This document shows, one piece after another, positions 58,311 to 64,000 of a DNA stretch of 64,000 nucleotides (its first letter is position 1; every line of letters begins with the position of its first letter). Below the pieces are notes generated by a model. It searched no databases. It saw nothing but the letters and a program-made list of their open reading frames with translations, and had not been told where the DNA came from. Where the stretch lies: sequence record PQ227241.1; one strand, written 5' to 3'. Position numbers and translations under genes: made by a program.

Positions 58311-60191
58311 TTAGTACCAGGTACCCGGTGCGTTATAGGAAGGAGCGCCGTAAGTTTGACCCATGCTGCCAGCCATACCAACTTGTGCACTACCAGAAAC
58401 AGCCATGTTACCCATACCGGTGTAACCAGCGAAGCGCTGTTGACCGAAGTTGGTAATTAGGTTTTCCATGGTTACAGTTACACCAGCTGCTGCTGCTGCG
58501 GCATCCATTGCGGTGATGAATTTCGGGTTAAAGGTTAGACGACGAGCACGACCAGTATAGGTAACGTTACCTAGGTACATCTTGTCGAAGCCTTTACTGT
58601 TATTCATACGACGCACAATGTGGTCATTACCTACCTGAGTAGCATACCAGGTCTTCCACTCTTGGTCATTACCTTCAGACATGTTCATGGCACCTAGAAC
58701 GTCGAGATCACGACGGTCGCTTAGTTCACCATGCTCATCAGTGTAGTGACCGAGGTCTACTTCATGATGGTTGTCAAAGATAATCGGACCAGCTTCAGCT
58801 AGATTATAGAACTGACGGAAATCAGTGCCGTATAGGTTAGTTAGAGCTTGGAAGATCAGACTAACTGCACGAGCTTGGTTTACGCCACCAGCTGCATCTA
58901 GGACGACTTGCTCAATAGCTGAGTTGTCGCCCATTGGATCGATATCGATCTGGAATGCAGGGTTCTGGTTAACCATCTTGTTCATTAGCATTACGAAGTT
59001 GCTGTCGTCTGCCATGAATGCTTCGGTGCGAGTTTCAATCGCTTTACCTAGCTCTGAGTAATAACCAAGTGCACCAATATCACGCATCTTGCTAGTAGCG
59101 ATCTTCGGCATTAGGGTACGAGCCCATGCCTGGGATGCAGTTGCACGATACGCATTACCGAGTGCGAACAGCCACATTTCTAGAGTCCATGCTTGGATCC
59201 AGGACGCCTTACGAACGTCAGTAATAACGATGTAAGGAGTGAACTGCGGAGGTAGAACTGCACCAGGTAGAGTTACGCCAAACATGCCTTGTTGCTGGCC
59301 AGTGGTCGGAGTCCAATGTAGATCTACGAATAGACTAACTTGGTTTAGCTGGCTATCGGTATCATAGAACTCGTTCTCAGGTACGTTGGTTTTCTTACCA
59401 CGGCTAGTGGAGATGACCAGGTCAGAACGGATCGGATTACCACAGCTATCTTTAACCGGAATACCATTGTAGTCTAGATTGCAGGTAAGCTGTTCGTTTT
59501 CTGCTTTGATGTGGGTCGCAATAGAGAACGGAGTCTCATTGTTACGACGCGCAATAGCATCTTCACAGATATTAACGGATTCAACTAGTAGGTTCTTAAC
59601 AGCTAGTTCATCTTTGAAGTCGAAGTCAGCATACACTGCACGGGGACCGGCAGATAGTACTTCTAGACCAGGGATGTTGTAACGGTTCCGTAGGAACTCG
59701 CCGATCTTGCTCCAGTATTGAGCAGTGAATACATCACGCGGTAGTACCTTCTCTTCAATGATGTCATCAGTTAGACCATTGTTGATTTTGTGGGTACGGG
59801 GACGGATGCGAGTACCAGGTAGGTTATCGAGTACTAGAGTACGAACGAATGCCTTCATGGAACCATTGATATCTTTAGCTAGTTTAACAATGAGTAGACC
59901 AGCCATACCCACTTGTTGTGCATCGCGATCGAAACGATGGATATCGAAGTCATCAGGTAGGTCCTGATGGCGGATTGCTTCTTCTTTTACTTTAGTGAAT
60001 ACTTGTAGGGCATCTGCTGAACGAGCATCAGAGCCATCTAGCCGACCAGAGCGACGCATTAGATGGTTAATGCCAGTAGTGGACCCAGGTGCGCCAGCCG
60101 GACGTTGAGCTTGACGTTGTGCAGTGGGTTGCGGAGCCGGAGCGGTAGCTTGAGTTTGAACGGTGCCGATTTCGTTTTCGTTAACAGCCAT
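58311..60191 (-). CDS. chmA: Chimallin, major phage nuclear shell protein (gp54 orthologue)
   Basis: 626 aa, recognised sequence ([21 protein letters not shown]...), directly upstream of gp55, with highly-expressed-gene codon bias. Confidence 0.9.
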   Translation of the reverse strand: MAVNENEIGTVQTQATAPAPQPTAQRQAQRPAGAPGSTTGINHLMRRSGRLDGSDARSADALQVFTKVKEEAIRHQDLPDDFDIHRFDRDAQQVGMAGLLIVKLAKDINGSMKAFVRTLVLDNLPGTRIRPRTHKINNGLTDDIIEEKVLPRDVFTAQYWSKIGEFLRNRYNIPGLEVLSAGPRAVYADFDFKDELAVKNLLVESVNICEDAIARRNNETPFSIATHIKAENEQLTCNLDYNGIPVKDSCGNPIRSDLVISTSRGKKTNVPENEFYDTDSQLNQVSLFVDLHWTPTTGQQQGMFGVTLPGAVLPPQFTPYIVITDVRKASWIQAWTLEMWLFALGNAYRATASQAWARTLMPKIATSKMRDIGALGYYSELGKAIETRTEAFMADDSNFVMLMNKMVNQNPAFQIDIDPMGDNSAIEQVVLDAAGGVNQARAVSLIFQALTNLYGTDFRQFYNLAEAGPIIFDNHHEVDLGHYTDEHGELSDRRDLDVLGAMNMSEGNDQEWKTWYATQVGNDHIVRRMNNSKGFDKMYLGNVTYTGRARRLTFNPKFITAMDAAAAAAGVTVTMENLITNFGQQRFAGYTGMGNMAVSGSAQVGMAGSMGQTYGAPSYNAPGTWY

Positions 60192-60262
60192 TTTAAATAC
60201 CTTTACGATTATGGTTTCTTGATCAAGAAGAACCTAAGTACTTAGTATACTAGATTCAATTT

Positions 60263-60280
60263 AGTAATATAAATCTCAAA
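60263..60280 (-). promoter_or_regulatory. phiKZ-type early promoter of chimallin
   Basis: TTTGAGATTTATATTACT, exact TATATTAC core. Confidence 0.85.
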
Positions 60281-60502
60281 TTTTTTTCATTACAACATAG
60301 ACGCTATAATCTGCTATCAGCAGATCGTAACGAACACTATGTTCACTACATATTATTACAATCTGAGTATTATTTATTTTTCATCTTACAATTTCCATAT
60401 CTTCTTTTTTGAGTTTATGGGTATAAAGTTTGAATCCAGAAACTAATTTACGTCAGTCCTGTATTAAATAATAACTATCAGTATTTTTATAAAATGCAGT
60501 TA

Positions 60503-60868
60503 TCATTTACTTCGCATATACTTACGAACTGTTCCAAAAAGAGAATGATACAGTTTGTATAGTTTACTAACTGGATCAACTTTATTATTATCAGTTGTAT
60601 CAAATTTAGCAATAAATGGTGAATGTGCCGAAGCAGATGTTTCATTTACTTTAACTACACTACCAAATCGATATGCGACTAATACCTTTATTAATTCCTC
60701 ATGGAGTTTAGTAGCAGTTGCTAATGGATTGGGATCATTAGGATCTATCTTAATCCTACGCTCGACATTGAAAAAGTTTACTACAATTTCTTTGCTAGTC
60801 ATGTATACAGTAAGATCTTTGTTATTACCTAAATATAGTGGCGGATCTTCAACATTATTTTTAGCCAT
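60503..60868 (-). CDS. Hypothetical early protein (gp53 orthologue)
   Basis: 121 aa, AGGA SD, behind an early promoter. Confidence 0.65.
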   Translation of the reverse strand: MAKNNVEDPPLYLGNNKDLTVYMTSKEIVVNFFNVERRIKIDPNDPNPLATATKLHEELIKVLVAYRFGSVVKVNETSASAHSPFIAKFDTTDNNKVDPVSKLYKLYHSLFGTVRKYMRSK

Positions 60869-60909
60869 TGTATATTCCTATTTGTAATTACTACTGTTGT
60901 TACCAAACT

Positions 60910-60927
60910 ATGATATAGATCTCAATT
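60910..60927 (-). promoter_or_regulatory. phiKZ-type early promoter
   Basis: AATTGAGATCTATATCAT on the minus strand. Confidence 0.7.
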
Positions 60928-60949
60928 AATTTTTAATCGGATAATAACC

Positions 60950-62041
60950 ATGTATAATTTATTTAAGAATGCTCCGTCACGTAAATTGGGGCAGGTGGTT
61001 GATCCTAACATCCATTATATCCGACGAATCTACGCTGAGCAAATTAGGGACGTTAAAAGTTATTATAGACGGGCACCGAAGTATGTTGAATCTAAAAATA
61101 TATTAGCACAAATGATTCGACATTTTAACGTAGAGTTACTAAGTGATGATGCTACTTTTATAAAGAACGTGGACGATCGTTCACGTGCTATTATTCGTTC
61201 ATTTGGTATTACATCATCTTTAAATAAAGGTAAGGTTCATGTAGGTGGTGTTACACTTGGCCCTCAGACTGAAGAAGTTTTAGTATCCACATCAGAGAGC
61301 TTTGATCTAAAAGATCTAAATAAAACATGGTATAAACTTTCCCCTGTTACGTATCTGTATCATACACGTACTGATACTAATTTACCTATCATGAACAATA
61401 CCACACAGGGTAGAGGCTATGGTGTAACTCTAGTAAATATACCAATGCTTCTTGTGATGTACCGTTACTGGTATCGATGGCAAGTTGAGAAGAATCCTGA
61501 TGAAGTAGAAGACACTTATAGGTTTATAGGATCATTTGTATTGCCAAATATGGTTGACTCTTATTTAGATATTTCTTTCTTTAATAGGTTAGCAAGGAAT
61601 GCTTTAGATATTAAAAATCCAACATTCCCTATACCGCATCCATTTTACATCACTGATATGAATCCACGTATTGATAAACTATGTACAACTATCAATAGAG
61701 AATCCATATTAAAAGGTGTAGACATGGAAGGTTTATCATGGATAACACCAGCTATCGTACAATCTAATTTGTTCGATATGATGCGGCTCCCACGAGAACC
61801 TATTAACAGGAATAATGAATGGGCTTATGTATTGGCTCGCACACCCTTCATTAAGTATCTTGTAGGGCAGCTTTTAAAGAATACTGGTTATGATCAATCT
61901 TCTGTTAACACTGTATTAATTGATCTTATAGAAGCATCTAATGATCAAGCATTTAAGCAACAAGCAAATAGTGAGTTTGTAAAAGCTCAACAGGCACAAG
62001 TTGATTGGATGATAGATGCACTTAAAAGAAAAGAAATGTGA
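60950..62041 (+). CDS. Conserved chimallivirus core protein (gp52 orthologue)
   Basis: 363 aa on the opposite strand next to chmA; synteny. Confidence 0.7.
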   Translation: MYNLFKNAPSRKLGQVVDPNIHYIRRIYAEQIRDVKSYYRRAPKYVESKNILAQMIRHFNVELLSDDATFIKNVDDRSRAIIRSFGITSSLNKGKVHVGGVTLGPQTEEVLVSTSESFDLKDLNKTWYKLSPVTYLYHTRTDTNLPIMNNTTQGRGYGVTLVNIPMLLVMYRYWYRWQVEKNPDEVEDTYRFIGSFVLPNMVDSYLDISFFNRLARNALDIKNPTFPIPHPFYITDMNPRIDKLCTTINRESILKGVDMEGLSWITPAIVQSNLFDMMRLPREPINRNNEWAYVLARTPFIKYLVGQLLKNTGYDQSSVNTVLIDLIEASNDQAFKQQANSEFVKAQQAQVDWMIDALKRKEM

Positions 62042-62045
62042 CATA

Positions 62046-62071
62046 AACCCCCTCCTAAATTGGAGGGGGTT
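62046..62071. terminator. Bidirectional terminator between convergent genes
   Basis: AACCCCCTCC-TAAATT-GGAGGGGGTT, flanked by CATA and TATG. Confidence 0.8.
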
Positions 62072-62084
62072 ATATGCCGTTTTA

Positions 62085-62807
62085 TTAGAAATTACCTTTC
62101 TTCATTTTAGAAAGTAATTTTCTACGTTCAGCTCGGTTAATTCCTGGGATAGCTGGTAATAGCATTTTATTACTAAACTTACCTGGCTTGCGGTCATGAT
62201 TTAGTAATTGATCAACTACAGCTTGGTCACTGCTTTTAACTCCATTATCCATTTCATCTAATGGGTCCATAATAGCTTTAGCAGTCAATCTTAGATGAGT
62301 AACTAGTTCATCAAATGAACTATCGGTATTAATAAGTTGTTTATCAACACCTTCTTTAAGAGCTTGTTTAATAGTTACGTCTTTTACCAGGATATTATCA
62401 CATTCCCAAAGAGTTGTATGATGGGTATTTAACATTAATTCAAGTGAGACATTATTGTAATCGTTGTCAGCACTTGAGTGCCAATTGAATTCATCAATAT
62501 AGTCATTTAGACTCATTAACTTTGGTGGTTCGTTACTAGAGGTAATTAAACCAATTGGTTGAACATCATCTAGTGAACTTTTATCACTAGTAATTGCAGT
62601 TGTTTCAGTAGTAACATCAACTTCTTTTAATTCGTTGGTATAAGTTACATATACTAATTCTTCACTACCGTCATCCAAAAGAACATAGGCTGTTGCTTTG
62701 GTGGAATCATCAGGTGCTAATCCATGGATCCTAATACGATTATCATTTACTAATTTACTATAATCATTCCAGGTAATTACGCGGACTTCTTTATTCTCTT
62801 TCATCAT
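62085..62807 (-). CDS. Hypothetical early protein (gp51 region)
   Basis: 240 aa, GAGG SD, basic C-terminal NRAERRK tail. Confidence 0.65.
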   Translation of the reverse strand: MMKENKEVRVITWNDYSKLVNDNRIRIHGLAPDDSTKATAYVLLDDGSEELVYVTYTNELKEVDVTTETTAITSDKSSLDDVQPIGLITSSNEPPKLMSLNDYIDEFNWHSSADNDYNNVSLELMLNTHHTTLWECDNILVKDVTIKQALKEGVDKQLINTDSSFDELVTHLRLTAKAIMDPLDEMDNGVKSSDQAVVDQLLNHDRKPGKFSNKMLLPAIPGINRAERRKLLSKMKKGNF

Positions 62808-63000
62808 TAGTTACCTCTTTTAATTTGTCTTTAATATAACTTCGGATAAATGCTCGTTTTTCTTCACGAGTTAACCCATGTGGAGCGGTTGGTAATGTGA
62901 TAGTACCACTGTTAATTGCCTTCTTCATCCGATCTAAGTCAAAATTAAATTCGGTATGATTTGTCATTATATTGAACCATATTAAGTTAGTAATTGGCAA
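62791..63000 (-). CDS. Small early hypothetical protein; start probably 62964 (MTNHTEF)
   Basis: ORF behind an early promoter, overlapping the next start. Confidence 0.6.
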   Translation of the reverse strand: MPITNLIWFNIMTNHTEFNFDLDRMKKAINSGTITLPTAPHGLTREEKRAFIRSYIKDKLKEVTNDERE

Positions 63001-63004
63001 TCAG

Positions 63005-63022
63005 ACTATATAAATCTTAATT
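63005..63022 (-). promoter_or_regulatory. Probable early promoter (variant core)
   Basis: AATTAAGATTTATATAGT on the minus strand. Confidence 0.55.
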
Positions 63023-63037
63023 ATTTTTTAGTATATA

Positions 63038-63058
63038 AGCCTCCCACTAGGGGAGGCT
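63038..63058. terminator. Terminator after the DNA polymerase gene
   Basis: AGCCTCCC-ACTAG-GGGAGGCT. Confidence 0.75.
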
Positions 63059-63065
63059 ATATTTC

Positions 63066-64000
63066 TTAATAGAAGTCAGAGATGAGTCGATCGTTATTTT
63101 TATCAATAAGGAAAATACCTAGGGACTCTAAGGTTAGATAGAATACACCCATAGTATTTCCAATGATAGTTCTAACGTCAGCAACACGCGTAATAACTTC
63201 TGGAATACGACCAGTTTCTACTACTGTACTCGGGATATGGAAATCACCAATACTGGTTTTATTTTCTTCAGTAACCCATGCTTGAATACGAGCAGCTAAT
63301 TTCTTATCTTCGATACCATCAATCCATTCTTTGATCGCAGTTTTATTATTAAGAGTAACTGAGATCTTTACATGTGAATAAGGTGGATCACCAGCGTCAC
63401 CAAATGACGGAGCAAATACAGTCTTCCACACCAATCCCTTTTTATGAGTTGAGTTATCTTCAGATTTATAAGATTCAGGTCGTTTAGTTTGACCACTTGT
63501 AAGATACTCGGCTTTACCACTTCTAACAGACTCAATAATTTCTCTTTCGATATTACCGGCTTCTTTTAGAATTGAAGCTAAGTCGATTTTCTCTTCAGCC
63601 TTTACCGTCTTAATAATATCTTCCATGAGTTTTTTAGCACGACTATTAATCTTCTTAGGTACTTTACTATCCCTTAGCCCCACGCCTTTAATCTCCATCC
63701 GAGATTCATTAAACATCACCCCTTCTTGGGCATCCTGTGATGCAAAGTAATGTTTAGAACGAGTAGTTAAGGCCAGTACTGCGAAATAAAATTCGTTCTT
63801 CATTGCAAATAGACGAAGCTTATCTTTAGATACACCCATATTAGCGGATTGAATCGCTAAGATATGCATAACTACTTCAGATACTAGAAACACTAGTGCA
63901 AATACTAGTCGTTTAGCTTCATTGCTAAAAGTTACTTTACCAAAGAATTCCTCAACCCACCATTGTAATGTAAACATAGTGGAGTCAGTATCTGAAATAA
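63066..64000 (-). CDS. Family-B DNA polymerase catalytic subunit, 5'-partial (gp50 orthologue)
   Basis: Frame stays open above the track ATG and reads ISDTDSTMF (motif C, YGDTDS-like), followed by K.EF.F...L....KHY and MEIKGV.L..S. Confidence 0.9.
   Translation of the reverse strand, partial: ISDTDSTMFTLQWWVEEFFGKVTFSNEAKRLVFALVFLVSEVVMHILAIQSANMGVSKDKLRLFAMKNEFYFAVLALTTRSKHYFASQDAQEGVMFNESRMEIKGVGLRDSKVPKKINSRAKKLMEDIIKTVKAEEKIDLASILKEAGNIEREIIESVRSGKAEYLTSGQTKRPESYKSEDNSTHKKGLVWKTVFAPSFGDAGDPPYSHVKISVTLNNKTAIKEWIDGIEDKKLAARIQAWVTEENKTSIGDFHIPSTVVETGRIPEVITRVADVRTIIGNTMGVFYLTLESLGIFLIDKNNDRLISDFY

Noticed and set aside
62085-62150. Basic NRAERRK tail as an arginine-rich RNA-binding motif
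   Set aside because: Too short and too common in phage proteins to support a function

Overview
This AT-rich 64 kb window comes from a Pseudomonas phiKZ-like jumbo phage (Phikzvirus, nucleus-forming Chimalliviridae). It is read in reverse relative to the phiKZ map and covers the orthologues of about gp50 (right end) to gp102 (left end). The gp numbers come from gene order plus recalled sequences, not from a database search. The right half is the replication and phage-nucleus block: split family-B DNA polymerase gp50, chimallin gp54, non-virion RNAP subunits gp55-56.1, gp68, gp71-73 and gp74, ChmC gp67, PicA/Imp1 gp69, an SbcD nuclease and an SF2 helicase. The left half is the virion block: vRNAP beta' fragment gp80, polymerase exonuclease subunit gp82, baseplate/tail proteins and the head/inner-body paralogue array gp84-97. 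Two group I introns could be mapped to the base. One (55282-56671) carries an HNH gene and splits the NADFDGD catalytic motif. The other (41155-41461) is a 307-nt ORF-less intron. The strongest unexplained signals are four. (1) A T_TTT_TTT heptamer at the end of gp77 opens a start-less -1 frame, resembling tail-chaperone G/GT frameshifting. (2) A 123-codon frame without a canonical start lies behind the gp82 stop, is reachable by a -1 slip at C_CCA_AAG and has weak NADAR-like motif spacing. (3) A ~320-nt multi-stem non-coding region lies in the chimallin 3' UTR. (4) An early operon encodes four tiny hydrophobic proteins. No tRNA, rRNA or CRISPR array was seen.
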